Positions 20,356-30,544 of a stretch of 64,000 bases of DNA are shown here, one piece after another. The position numbers were made by a program, and so were the translations under genes. The notes under the pieces were generated by a model, which was not told the DNA's origin, did not search any database, and saw only the letters and a program-made list of their open reading frames with translations. The stretch is taken from the NCBI GenBank assembly GCA_965226865.1, contig CBDDEH010000004.1:1704586-1768585 (forward strand), written 5' to 3'. Every line of letters starts with the position of its first letter. Position 1 is the first letter of the stretch. The stretch comes from Dehalococcoidia bacterium (lineage in GTDB: Bacteria > Chloroflexota > Dehalococcoidia > Lucifugimonadales > JAGWBF01).

Positions 20356-21768
20356 TTAAGAAGTATGGCTAGACGGTTCAGCGGGAGCCAATGAACCCAA
20401 CAAGTCTTCAACCCTTGGTAGCTGGTCCAGGTTCCTCACCATTTCGATTGATGGGGCTACATCGACGCCCTTTTCCGCAAGACCTGAATAGTCGAAGCAC
20501 TCGCGATACTTCTCCACTATCTCTTCCCATCCCATGGACTTGTTTGGGTATCCTCTACGCTTTTCGGAGATGACCCTGCCGTCCTTCAGCTCGATGGTGA
20601 CCTCGGTTATCCCAAGCAGTGGGTATTGTATCTGGTCACGTTCTCGCTCGATCTCCGCGTCAACATTTATTTCGATCCGTTCGAGCATCGCTGCGACGTC
20701 CGGTCTCCGAACCCGCTCGGTGGTGTACTGACGGAGTTGCGCCTGGCGTTCGAGAATACTGATGGCGACGTTATACCAGAGGCTGTAGCGAGCCTGGTAC
20801 CCGTCCGCGGGATGGGGACCTTGTTGGGTGACCATTACATATGGCGAAATGGAGACCTGTACCCTCTCCACGTCTTCTGGCTTTATGTCGTGTTTTGTGA
20901 CTAGGTCCAGTGTGAGGTCGGTCGGCAAACATGCCGCCGATGGCCCGGGGTGATGTTTGGATTGGGTGTGAACCAGCTCCCAGGATTCTCCCAGCCCTTC
21001 GACCATCACTTCCAGATCGTAATTTCCATCTCGATTGAACGTCTCGCAAAACCCGAAGTGGTCGAAGGCCGTTCCCGGCTCAGAATCCAACACGTCCAAC
21101 GGCGCGTTGTATCCGCGAGATGCTAACAGTGCAGCCACGATCCCGTTTCTAGAGGCGTTGCCCGCAACGTAAGGCTTTGTCATCGTACCGTAATGCTTGA
21201 TGATTCCGCTCGCCGAGCCCCCCGCTATGCCCAAGGCTGTTCTAGTCTGGTCCAGGTCCAGTCCGAGGATTTTGGCGCCGCTCACTGCGGCCCCAAAACA
21301 GTTAATGGTTCCCTGGGGCGCCCAGCCCAGGAAGAAGTGGGGCTTCATCCCCTTGCCAATGCGGGCCACAACTTCATAGCCTAGGATGTAAGCCAGGAGG
21401 ACGTCCGCGCCCCTGTGTTCCAGAGCCTCAGCCAATGCCAACGATGCCGGGAATACTGTCGTGCTGATGTGGTTAAGGGAGGCGTCAGGGATGTCGTCGT
21501 AATCCAGGGCGTGGGCTGCCACTCCGTTGACGAAAGCAGCGTTCAGACGTGAGGTTTGAACGTTATGGCCGACGATATTGCACTCCGGGTTTCCGCCGCT
21601 TTCCTCGCATATCGCCAGGGTCATCTTTGTACAGTCATCTACGGAACCACCGACCATTACGCCGAGGGTATCCAGGATGCGCAGTTTGCCTGCCTGGATC
21701 ACCTCAGCCGGAATATCTTCTAGGGTTGTTTCAACCGCAAAGCGGGCTAAGGTCTCAGTGACTCCCAT
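20356..21768 (-). CDS. MmgE/PrpD family protein (2-methylcitrate dehydratase-like)
   Basis: 470 aa ORF. The N-terminus (ETLARFAVETTLEDIPAEVIQAGKLRILDTLGVMVGG) is typical of the family. Confidence 0.85.
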   Translation of the reverse strand: MGVTETLARFAVETTLEDIPAEVIQAGKLRILDTLGVMVGGSVDDCTKMTLAICEESGGNPECNIVGHNVQTSRLNAAFVNGVAAHALDYDDIPDASLNHISTTVFPASLALAEALEHRGADVLLAYILGYEVVARIGKGMKPHFFLGWAPQGTINCFGAAVSGAKILGLDLDQTRTALGIAGGSASGIIKHYGTMTKPYVAGNASRNGIVAALLASRGYNAPLDVLDSEPGTAFDHFGFCETFNRDGNYDLEVMVEGLGESWELVHTQSKHHPGPSAACLPTDLTLDLVTKHDIKPEDVERVQVSISPYVMVTQQGPHPADGYQARYSLWYNVAISILERQAQLRQYTTERVRRPDVAAMLERIEINVDAEIERERDQIQYPLLGITEVTIELKDGRVISEKRRGYPNKSMGWEEIVEKYRECFDYSGLAEKGVDVAPSIEMVRNLDQLPRVEDLLGSLAPAEPSSHTS

Positions 21769-21817
21769 AGGCTCTCCAGTCTAGCATCTTCTTACAATGC
21801 TGGCCGGTCGGAATGGC

Positions 21818-21829
21818 TGCATTATACAC
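21818..21829 (-). promoter_or_regulatory. candidate -10 element TGTATAATGCAG upstream of the PrpD-family gene
   Basis: The minus strand reads tgTATAATgcag about 50 nt upstream of the ATG at 21768, which is preceded by GGAGAG. Confidence 0.35.
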
Positions 21830-21873
21830 ACGGCCAACGGGGTTGAAAAGCTAGCTCCGCGGGCGCGGCGAAA

Positions 21874-21925
21874 CCATAGAACCCAAGGCGCACCGGATCC
21901 CTCCCGGCAGCATTGGGTTCTATGG
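21874..21925 (-). terminator. 13 bp perfect inverted repeat downstream of the coaD operon (possible terminator or structured element)
   Basis: ccatagaacccaa (21874-21886) pairs with ttgggttctatgg (21913-21925). On the minus strand it is followed by TTT. The 26 nt loop is long for a canonical terminator. Confidence 0.3.
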
Positions 21926-21963
21926 CAGATTCGAGCGGAATCCCTTGTTGGTGAGAGAGCGGC

Positions 21964-22452
21964 CTAGACCTGGACGGTAGCCCCCACGGTGTCCAATCCC
22001 TTTCTGACGGTGGAAAGGACCGTTGTCAGTTCTCGCTCCAGGCTGCGGAGGGACTGAACTATATAGGCGTCGGTTTCGGCTCTATTGTTCCGAGACTCCG
22101 CGTCTGCCTGCTGGATCATGCGGTCAGCCCTGCGCTCAGACTCGCTGATCAGCTCGTCTGCCTTATCCTGGGCGACGATTGCGAGATCGTGTTGGTCGAG
22201 CTTGGCCTTGAACTCTTCTTCGGCCTCGCCTCTTATCCGCCTTGCCTCGATTTGGGCCTGACTCACCAAGGAGTCCTTATTCTGGAGCACCTCCTGAGCA
22301 GCCCTAATGTCCTGCGGTATCGACAGGCGGAGCTGCTCTACTAGCTCCATTACCTTTTCCACGTCAACTAGCCTAGAGCTTGTCCCAGGCAGCTTGCGGC
22401 TCGTATTTACCAGGGCATCGAGTTTGTCTATTACGTTGGTGGTATCCATCAC
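21964..22452 (-). CDS. coiled-coil protein of unknown function (ATP-synthase-b/DivIVA-like composition)
   Basis: 162 aa ORF, charged and heptad-rich (QAQIEARRIRGEAEEEFKAKL). It is the last gene of the rsmD-coaD operon. I recognise no catalytic motif. Confidence 0.4.
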   Translation of the reverse strand: MMDTTNVIDKLDALVNTSRKLPGTSSRLVDVEKVMELVEQLRLSIPQDIRAAQEVLQNKDSLVSQAQIEARRIRGEAEEEFKAKLDQHDLAIVAQDKADELISESERRADRMIQQADAESRNNRAETDAYIVQSLRSLERELTTVLSTVRKGLDTVGATVQV

Positions 22453-22472
22453 ATCCCCCTTTCACTTCGTTT

Positions 22473-22961
22473 CTATTTTTGGGAAGCCAACCGATCCTTG
22501 AGGGCCTTCACAACGTGTTGTGGGACCAGACCGGTTATGTCTCCTCCTAGCCCTGCCACCTCTTTTATGAGCGTTGAACTCACGTATTGGAAGTTGAGAT
22601 CTGCTATGAAGTAAACGATCTCAATATCTGAAGCCAGCTTCTTGTTCATATAGTTCATCTCGAACTCATACTCAAAGTCCGACCCGCTTCGTAACCCTCT
22701 GACCATGACTCCGGCGCCGACTTCCGCGGCACACTCTACAGCCAGGCCGGTGAAGTTGGTCACCTCCACGTTTGACAGGTGTTGAATCGAACGACGGAAC
22801 AGGTCTACCCTCTCCTCCGTATCGAACATCAACTCCTTTGCCGGTGCCCCATAGACTCCAACCACGACATTGTCGAAGATGGCTGAGGCGCGAGACACTA
22901 TGTCCACGTGACCCAGAGACACCGGATCGAAGGAACCTGGATACAACACTTTAGCCGTCAT
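22473..22961 (-). CDS. coaD: phosphopantetheine adenylyltransferase
   Basis: YPGSFDPVSLGHVDIV nucleotidyltransferase motif. 162 aa. Confidence 0.93.
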   Translation of the reverse strand: MTAKVLYPGSFDPVSLGHVDIVSRASAIFDNVVVGVYGAPAKELMFDTEERVDLFRRSIQHLSNVEVTNFTGLAVECAAEVGAGVMVRGLRSGSDFEYEFEMNYMNKKLASDIEIVYFIADLNFQYVSSTLIKEVAGLGGDITGLVPQHVVKALKDRLASQK

Positions 22962-23509
22962 GGTTCTCCCATCTCGAAGAACTCTATGATCGAGCCGCCA
23001 TAACGGTAGGTCCTGATGCGAGATAGACCGTCGTAGGTTTCTCTTAACGTTAGTTGTTTCGGGTGGCCCACCACGGCCGTAGCACCCGCTTCCATGATTT
23101 CCGATTCAGCAACGTCCAGTAAGACCCTATCCAGTGACCCGAGCTTGTAGGGAGGGTCCATCATCACGAGTTGGTAGCAGCATCTCAAAAGCGTAAGCGC
23201 CTTTTCTACCGGAACGCAGTGGACGGATGCCCTGTCTGCAAGGTTAGTGGCAGCCAGGTTGTCTCTGATGACGGAGCATTGGCGTGGATGGGATTCGACG
23301 AAGTCTGCCCAGGTTGCGCCGCGGCTCAACGCTTCGATACCTAATGACCCAGTCCCCGCGTATAGATCGAGGACTCTCGTGGACTGGCCATCTAGTGGAC
23401 CTAAGGCGTTGAAAATCGCTCCCCGTGCTAGCTCCGTGGTTGGCCTAGCACCGGATATCACGGCCCCTTTCAATCTTCTTCCCTTCGCAACACCGCCTAC
23501 CACCCTCAT
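22958..23509 (-). CDS. rsmD: 16S rRNA (guanine966-N2)-methyltransferase
   Basis: LDLYAGTGSLGIEALSRG SAM motif and MDPPY. It overlaps the coaD start by 4 nt. Confidence 0.85.
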   Translation of the reverse strand: MRVVGGVAKGRRLKGAVISGARPTTELARGAIFNALGPLDGQSTRVLDLYAGTGSLGIEALSRGATWADFVESHPRQCSVIRDNLAATNLADRASVHCVPVEKALTLLRCCYQLVMMDPPYKLGSLDRVLLDVAESEIMEAGATAVVGHPKQLTLRETYDGLSRIRTYRYGGSIIEFFEMGEP

Positions 23510-23520
23510 AAGACTGTGAA

Positions 23521-23531
23521 CGCATTATAAT
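23521..23531 (-). promoter_or_regulatory. candidate -10 element TATAATGCG upstream of rsmD
   Basis: The minus strand reads atTATAATgcg only about 15 nt upstream of the rsmD ATG (23509), implying a near-leaderless mRNA. ATTATAAT is palindromic and could also serve the plus strand. Confidence 0.3.
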
Positions 23532-23733
23532 TTTTAAGACTTTTCTTAGTAAAGGTAAAAAATCCACGTTATTTACAGGTTTTCGCCGATTCTGAGACAC
23601 CTGGTTCATAGTGCTGCCTTCAAAGGCCCCAGACTTTACAAGAATCCTCGGCTCCAGTACAATCCGGAATTGACTGGGGTGCTGCCTGCTATCCAGGCGC
23701 TCAGTCATTTCTCTTTTTGTAGCGGAGGACGCT

Positions 23734-24201
23734 ATGGCTCAGCCAACTTACCTTACGCCAGGGGGTCTAGCAAACCTCAAGCAGGAGCTTGAAGAGCTTC
23801 GTACCCATCGTCGACAGGGAGTTGCCGAGCGGATTCAAAAAGCTAAGGAAATCGGCGGGACCGTTGACAACGCCGAATATGATGAGGCCAAGAACGAGCA
23901 GGCTTTTATCGAGGGTCGTATCCTAACCCTCGATAGCTTGATAAACAATGCAGTCATTATCTCCACTGATTCGGGTTCATCTGACATGGTGATAATCGGC
24001 TCGAAGGTCTCAGTGGTCGATCAAAGGGGCAAAAAGCAAACATACTCCATAGTCGGCAGCACTGAAGCTGATCCAGTGAAGGGCAAGATCTCAAACGTAT
24101 CTCCCATAGGTAAGGCCTTGCTAGGGAAAAAAGTTGGAGATATAACCGAAGCAAACGTACCGGCCGGGAAGATAAAGCTCGAGATTGTTGAAATCCGATA
24201 G
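23734..24201 (+). CDS. greA: transcription elongation factor GreA
   Basis: 155 aa ORF with LTPGGLANLKQELEELR ... AEYDEAKNEQAFIEGRI. Confidence 0.93.
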   Translation: MAQPTYLTPGGLANLKQELEELRTHRRQGVAERIQKAKEIGGTVDNAEYDEAKNEQAFIEGRILTLDSLINNAVIISTDSGSSDMVIIGSKVSVVDQRGKKQTYSIVGSTEADPVKGKISNVSPIGKALLGKKVGDITEANVPAGKIKLEIVEIR

Positions 24202-24226
24202 CTCTACTGGCTATGATTCATTCATC

Positions 24227-25714
24227 ATGCCAGAAAGAGGAAATGAGCTTCTTCGTAACCGCCGAGAAAAGCTGAACAACCTTCGCCGGCTCGATATCGA
24301 TCCCTATCCCCCGCGCTTCAAGCGCACAGCCACTGCGGGCGAAGCCGTCGCTCTATTTCAGTCAGAAGAGAAAGCCAAAGGGGAAGGTGCGCATACTGCA
24401 CCGGTCTCTGTTGCCGGGCGCATCATGGCCTTGCGGGTCATGGGCAAGAACGCCTTCATCGACCTCAAGGACGGCTCAGGCAAGATTCAGGTGCATCTAA
24501 AGAAAGACATTCTCGGCGAGGACTATCAGCTAATAAAAGAGCTTGACCTGGGGGATTTCCTGGGCGTCAGTGGTCAACTATTCCGGACTCGCACCGCCGA
24601 GATAACCGTGGAGGCTAAGTCCTTGACGGTTCTTTCCAAGTCACTACGACCCCTCCCTGAGAAGTGGCACGGCCTCAAGGACGTCGAGCAGAGGTACCGC
24701 CAGCGTTATGTCGACCTGATCGCAAATGCCGAGGTGATGCCGGTATTCGTGCTCCGCAGCAAAATCATTAACGGAATCCGTTCCTTCCTGGATGGACGAG
24801 GCTTTGTCGAGGTGGATACTCCGGTCCTCGTACCGATAGCAGCCGGCGCCCTAGCGCGGCCCTTCGTCACCCATCACAACACCCTGGACCAGCAGCTATA
24901 TTTGCGGATCGCTACCGAGCTATATCTTAAGAAGCTGATTGTTGGGGGTTTCGACAAGGTCTACGAAATCGGTAGGGTTTTCAGAAACGAGGGAGTCGAT
25001 CAGGGCCACAACCCAGAGTTTACCTTGCTGGAGAGCTATGAGGCATACGCCGATTACGACGACGTGATGGAGATGGTGGAGCAGATGGTTTCGACCGTTG
25101 CCACAGAGGTTCTCGGCTCGACCCAGGTCCAGTACGGAGAGCATACTATCGACTTGACTCCCCCATGGAAGCGAGTCAGCCTTAGAGAAGAGTTACATTT
25201 GAGAAGCGGCGTCCAGATAGACGAATATCCGTCGGCCTCGGCCCTAGCCGCCAAGCTCCAAGATCTCGGCGTTGTCGCCAGAGCGCAGGAGAGCAGGGGA
25301 CGACTCATCGACAAGCTTCTGGGGGTCTACGTTGAGCCCAACCTCATTCAGCCCACATTTATCATCGACTACCCGGATGAGATGTCGCCTCTGGCAAAGC
25401 CGAAACCGGAAACCCCCGGCTACGTTGAGCGTTTCGAGGCATTCGCCGCGGGCATGGAGATCGCCAACGCTTATACCGAGCTAAACGACCCAGATCTCCA
25501 AAGGGAAAGAATCCTCGCCCAAGAAGAGCTTGGGAAGCTCTACCAGGAGGAGGAAGTCGACCGGCTGGACGAAGACTTCCTGCTTGCCCTGGAGTACGGA
25601 ATGCCCCCCACGGGTGGGTTGGGAGTGGGTATAGACAGGTTGGTGATGTTGCTCACTGGCCAGCAGACCATTCGCGGCGTCTTGGTTTTCCCCCAGTTAC
25701 GTCAGCTCAAATAG
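24227..25714 (+). CDS. lysS: lysine--tRNA ligase (class II)
   Basis: Class II motifs are present (FRNEGVDQGHNPEFTLLE, GGLGVGIDRLVML). I prefer the ATG at 24227. The ORF track start at 24185 would overlap greA. Confidence 0.95.
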   Translation: MPERGNELLRNRREKLNNLRRLDIDPYPPRFKRTATAGEAVALFQSEEKAKGEGAHTAPVSVAGRIMALRVMGKNAFIDLKDGSGKIQVHLKKDILGEDYQLIKELDLGDFLGVSGQLFRTRTAEITVEAKSLTVLSKSLRPLPEKWHGLKDVEQRYRQRYVDLIANAEVMPVFVLRSKIINGIRSFLDGRGFVEVDTPVLVPIAAGALARPFVTHHNTLDQQLYLRIATELYLKKLIVGGFDKVYEIGRVFRNEGVDQGHNPEFTLLESYEAYADYDDVMEMVEQMVSTVATEVLGSTQVQYGEHTIDLTPPWKRVSLREELHLRSGVQIDEYPSASALAAKLQDLGVVARAQESRGRLIDKLLGVYVEPNLIQPTFIIDYPDEMSPLAKPKPETPGYVERFEAFAAGMEIANAYTELNDPDLQRERILAQEELGKLYQEEEVDRLDEDFLLALEYGMPPTGGLGVGIDRLVMLLTGQQTIRGVLVFPQLRQLK

Positions 25715-25753
25715 TTATTTTTCTAATAGCCCTGATTCAGGGGCGGAAATCAT

Positions 25754-27019
25754 ATGCTCTCACTGGAATTAATCAGAAAAGACCCGGATTATGTTAAGAA
25801 AGCCCTTCTTACCAAGGGGGAACAGCCCCCTATTGACGAGCTTCTGGAAATCGATAAACGTCGCCGGCAGGCCATCCAAAGGGGCGATGAGCTGAGGGCC
25901 CGGCGCAACGAGACCAGCAAAGAGATCGCTCAGATGAAAGAGAAGCCCCAGGAACTCATCGAGGAGATGCGCAGCCTGGGTGACGAGATAAAACGACTGG
26001 AACAGCAGGCAACCGAGCTCGATTCCTCCACCCAAGCCCTTCTCATGGAGCTGCCTAACATCCCTATCGACGATGTGCCTATTGGGGCGGGTGAGGAAGA
26101 CAACGTCGTCGTGCGTACCTGGGGAGAGATGCCCTCCTTCGATTTCACTCCGGTACCCCACTGGGAGATCGCGGAGAGCCTGAGAATCATAGACTTCCAG
26201 CGGGGCGCCAAGCTATCCGGCTCCAGGTTCTTCGTCATGATGGGTATGGGCGCGAAGCTGGAGCGGGCCCTCATCAACTGGATGTTGGACCTTCATACGG
26301 CAAAGCATGGATACAAGGAAGTCTACCTACCGGCCATGGTGAAAAAGGAGGTCATGGAGGGCTCCGGTAACCTGCCCAAATTCGGCGACAATCTTTATCA
26401 CGATGCTGAAGACGACCTATGGATGATACCGACAGCCGAGGTGCCCCTGACCAGCCTTCATCGAGACGAGATCCTACCTCCCGGTAGCTTGCCCTTGCGC
26501 TACACCGCCTACACCCCGTGTTTCAGGCGCGAGAAGGCGGCGGCCGGAAGGGACACCCGGGGCATCAAAAGGGTCCACCAGTTCGATAAGGTGGAGATGT
26601 ACAAGTTTGTGGAACCCGAGACCTCCGACGCCGAGCTGGAAAAGCTCGTGGCCGATGCCGAAGAGGTGTGCAAGCAGTTGGGCTTACACTATCGAGTTCT
26701 GCAGTTGTGCACAGGCGACCTGGGATTCGCCTCCGCCAAGTCCTTCGACCTGGAGGTCTGGGCGCCAGGCTGCGGCGAGTGGCTGGAAGTGAGCTCCTGC
26801 TCCAACTGCAGGGACTTCCAGGCGCGGCGCGCGAAGATCCGTTACCGCCCCGAGCCCGAGGCCCGGCCAGAGTACGTTCATACACTGAACGGATCGGGCC
26901 TTGCCTTGCCTCGGGTGGTGATAGCCATACTGGAGAACTATCAGCAACCCGATGGCTCCGTGGCAGTGCCCGGAGTCCTAAAACCCTATCTCGGCGCCGA
27001 GATGATACGCCCCGAGTAA
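25754..27019 (+). CDS. serS: serine--tRNA ligase
   Basis: 421 aa ORF with an N-terminal coiled-coil arm and class II core (TPCFRREKAAAGRDTRGIKRVHQFDKVE). Confidence 0.96.
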   Translation: MLSLELIRKDPDYVKKALLTKGEQPPIDELLEIDKRRRQAIQRGDELRARRNETSKEIAQMKEKPQELIEEMRSLGDEIKRLEQQATELDSSTQALLMELPNIPIDDVPIGAGEEDNVVVRTWGEMPSFDFTPVPHWEIAESLRIIDFQRGAKLSGSRFFVMMGMGAKLERALINWMLDLHTAKHGYKEVYLPAMVKKEVMEGSGNLPKFGDNLYHDAEDDLWMIPTAEVPLTSLHRDEILPPGSLPLRYTAYTPCFRREKAAAGRDTRGIKRVHQFDKVEMYKFVEPETSDAELEKLVADAEEVCKQLGLHYRVLQLCTGDLGFASAKSFDLEVWAPGCGEWLEVSSCSNCRDFQARRAKIRYRPEPEARPEYVHTLNGSGLALPRVVIAILENYQQPDGSVAVPGVLKPYLGAEMIRPE

Positions 27020-27074
27020 TCATCTATTACGGCAGATTGTGTACCGGCGCGGCCTCTGCTATATTGTCCAAGGT

Positions 27075-27150
27075 GGGGCTGTAGCTCACCCGGGAGAGCG
27101 CTTCAATGGCATTGAAGAGGTAGAGGGTTCGAGTCCCTCCAGCTCCACCA
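27075..27150 (+). tRNA. tRNA-Ala (anticodon GGC)
   Basis: 76 nt cloverleaf folded by hand. Acceptor GGGGCTG/CAGCTCC with the G3:U70 Ala identity pair. Anticodon stem CTTCA/TGAAG with loop ATGGCAT. T arm GAGGG-TTCGAGT-CCCTC. Encoded CCA. Confidence 0.93.
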
Positions 27151-27429
27151 GACTTGACGAAATCAAGAACTTTCACCCTGAGGTTCACGCTGGCCCTCTA
27201 ACTCGGAATGACCACAGCGACCTCAGGTCTATCATGAGGGGGCACTTCCTGCCCCCTGGCAAAGTCGACAGTCAGGCTCCCCGTGCGCGTAGGGATTCGT
27301 CGGCTCCATCCCCTGCGGCGCTCGTCGCCGACGGCATCTCGCATCAACAGTCTCGGCTATATCGTCGGCGGGGGTAGGAACACACGATGATCGACCAGTG
27401 GCGTATCGAACACCGGGAGGTCAGCCTGG

Positions 27430-30400
27430 TCAACTGAGGAGGAAATCGGTCCAACTGGGCTGGTCTCGTCGTTCGACTATCTTGAGGATACCGTCGCGGC
27501 ACAGTTTCGTAGCCCTGTCGACCAAAGCCACATCCGCCTTCTTAGTGAGTGTCGCACCGTGGATGACTCTTGAAGCGAGTCCGTAGAAATCCACCAACGT
27601 TTTTCGTATGGCCCTGCGTTCCTCCAGACTGGCGCCCAAGTGCCGAGCTCCAGTGACGGACAGACGGAATCCCAACTCCCCATCGTTCGAATCGAGACAC
27701 AGGGATTCTAGCGCGATGCGAAGATCAATGAGGCGGTCTGGATTCAACACGCCGGGCGTAGCCGCCTCGGTCCAGCGAGTCACGGCAGTTTGAAACCTTT
27801 CATCAGAGTCAAGGCGTCGTTGCAACTCGCTGCTCAGTGCCCAAGCTCTCCGCAAGCCCTTCCTGCACAGGTTTCGGGTGGGTGGATCAAACGACGACAG
27901 CTTGGTGACCCCCGTGTAGAGACTGTGTGTCACGTCCTTACTAAGCCGCTTGATTGCGAGTCCCGGTCCGGCCAAGCCAATGCGCCTTCCGGTTGTGAAG
28001 GCACTCGCATCACCGAAATCGTTCCAACTCCATGCTGAGCCAACCCGCCGGTTGCAGACCAGAGACAACGCGAGGAAGAACGTGTCGAGTGAAACCTCAC
28101 CCAGTGCCGTGCAAGTCTGGAGAGGAGGATGTGCATCGGCGCTTTGCCGCGGAACAAAGAGGGCAGAGTGCGTTGACGCGTCCACCTCCAATACGGCGTG
28201 CCCAAGTATGTCAGCCACCAATTCCCATCGCAGATCGGGCATCGAAATCGGCAATGAATCTGACGAGACTGGCAGCCGATACATGTGCAGGCCTTCATCT
28301 AAGCCCGAATCCACCGAAGGACGGCCTTGGGGACAGCCTTGAAGAAGCCAGCGGGTGCTCCTCTGAATCTGGGATAATGGTTTTGGAACAGAAACCCGCC
28401 CGGAAACAAGGAGCACCCAATAGATGCTGCCACAGAACAAACCCGACCGTATCCGCATCCTCTTTGACGACCATCGCCTGGTGGCCAATGCCGGCCTGCT
28501 CCTTCCGGCCACCCTAGCCCGGCACCTGGGCCTGCGGGAACTCGTCGACCATCACCTTGACCTCGGCGGAGCGCCGGGACGGGCGAACACCGGGGACAAG
28601 ATGCTGACGCTGGTCGCTTCCGCGCTGGCAGGCGGCGACTGCATCGACGACGCCGATGCGCTGCGCGCTGGTGGGACGGTCGGTGTTCTAGGCTGCGTGG
28701 TCAAGGCGCCATCCACCCTGGGGACCTTCCTGCGCAGCTTCCGGTGGGGGCATGTCCGTCAACTCGACCGCGTGAGCCGCCAGTTGTTGGCCCGGGCCTG
28801 GGCCGCTGGGGCCGGACCCGGCGACTCGCCCCTGACCATCGACCTGGACTCGACCATCTGCGAGACCTACGGACTGGCCAAGGAGGGAGCGCGCCACCAC
28901 GGCTATACCGGCGCCCGCGGCTATCACCCGCTGCTGGCCATTGCCGCCGGCACCGGAGACGTGCTGATGTCCCGGCTGCGCGAGGGCCCGGGCCAACACC
29001 GCCCGTGGCGCCGCCCACTTCCTGCGTGAGACGGTGGGGCGGGTGCGCTACGGCGGGGCCAGGGGACAACTCACGGTGCGGGCCGACAGCGGCTTCTACA
29101 CCCACACTGTCGTTGCCGCCTGCCGGGAAATGGATGTCCGCTTCTCCATCACCATCCGCCAGCGTGCCAGCCTGCGGGACCTGATCGAGGCGATACCAGA
29201 GGAGGACTGGACTCCCATTCCCTACTGGATGGACGGCGCCGCCGATGTCGCCGAGACGACTTACACCCCGTTCCAGACCAAGCCGGACGCCCCGCCGGCG
29301 CGGCTCATTGTCCGGCGGGTGAAGCCGACACCCGGTTCCCAGCTGGCCCTCTTCGCCAGATACAGCTATCACGGCTTCATCACCGACCGGGACGGGGAGT
29401 TGCTCGAACTGGAGGCCGATCATCGCCGCCACGCCGAGGTCGAGAACGCCATACGCGACCTCAAGTACGGCGTCGGGCTGAACCACATGCCGTCGGGGCG
29501 CTTCGCCGCCAACGGCGCCTGGCTGGCGGTACAGGTGATGGCGCATAACCTGGCCCGCTGGACGGCGCGGATTGGTCTGGGCGAGCGGACCGTGATCACC
29601 AAGACCCTCAGGCGGCGGGTCTTTGCCTGGTGGGACGGATCACCCGCTCGGCACGCCGCCTCACTTTGCATCTCCCCCGGCGCTGGCCCTGGGAAACCCA
29701 GTTCAGTCGCGCCTTGGCCCGGCTGCAAGCCATTCCGTTCCCGGCCTGACGGCCAGCCTGCAACTGACCCAACGTCCCCGCAATCTCGCGCCACCCCGGT
29801 CGCGAGAGTCCCCTGCTGCGTATCCTCTCGCCATCCCGCGCATCGCAACTCCCGCATAGGGCCTTAGGGGCCCTGTGCGGCGACTGAAGACCGTCCGCCG
29901 GCCTCCCATCTACCCCAAGACCCCAGGCCATCTCCCCTGTAGCTCCCTCACCCACCCCCTTCCGCTGTCCTCACGCCGTCCATCAGTGTCCTTCGGTGGA
30001 TTCGGGCTAATTCAATGCTCTCGTCGATGTATACGCCAGCCAACACCACATAAATCTTGTAATGCCTCGGTTTCCCGCCAGTCCATAGACTGACCAACTT
30101 GGCCGCGCGGTCAGGTCCAAGGACTGCCGCAGCACGAATAAGACCTCTGGCAAAACCTGGCAAAGAAGAACTTGAGTGAATCTCCAGCACTAGGTCAGGC
30201 GTTCCGCGCAGATAGGCTTGTCTGTCGCCAATAATGGGAAACGAGTGCCCGATACGGTCGGTGCCAGCGTCTATGTACCCGCTCAGCCGATCACGAAGAT
30301 GGGCGGCCACCGAACCGATCCAGACATCGTCGACTTCGAGATACGCAGACAAGACCTCCCGCGTCTCGGACACATGGCCTGAAGTCTGAGAGAGTGTCTC

Positions 30401-30493
30401 TTGTAAGCCTTCTGCTGAATAGACTCTTCCCTCTTCAGTTCGGAACGTGGTGGCAGGCAATGCCTGAGCCAACAAAGAAGCCAACTCTGTCAT
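27430..30493 (-). pseudogene. ORF of unknown function (about 451 codons) interrupted by the IS1380-family element
   Basis: ORF 29948-30514 runs into the IS right end. ORF 27430-28512 starts inside the IS left end. Removing 28303-30006 plus one CTAA copy joins them in frame (...YIDESIE-L-DEGLHMYRLPV...). The probable start is the ATG at 30493, with GAGG upstream. Confidence 0.7.
28303..30006 (+). mobile_element. IS1380-family insertion sequence, copy 1 (transposase frameshifted twice)
   Basis: Terminal inverted repeats (G)CCCGAATCCACCGAAGG. 4 bp duplication CTAA at 28299-28302 and 30007-30010. The transposase (DSTICETYGLAKEGA, GYHPLLA, VRADSGFY) is split at the C-run 28987-28989 and again near 29625. 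Confidence 0.85.
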
Positions 30494-30544
30494 GGTACTT
30501 GCCTCAATGAACACATACGAGGGTGGGACGCTGTCACCGGTGCA

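Noticed and set aside
27039-27377. 112-codon plus-strand ORF
   Set aside because: It runs straight through the tRNA-Ala gene, so it is not a plausible CDS.
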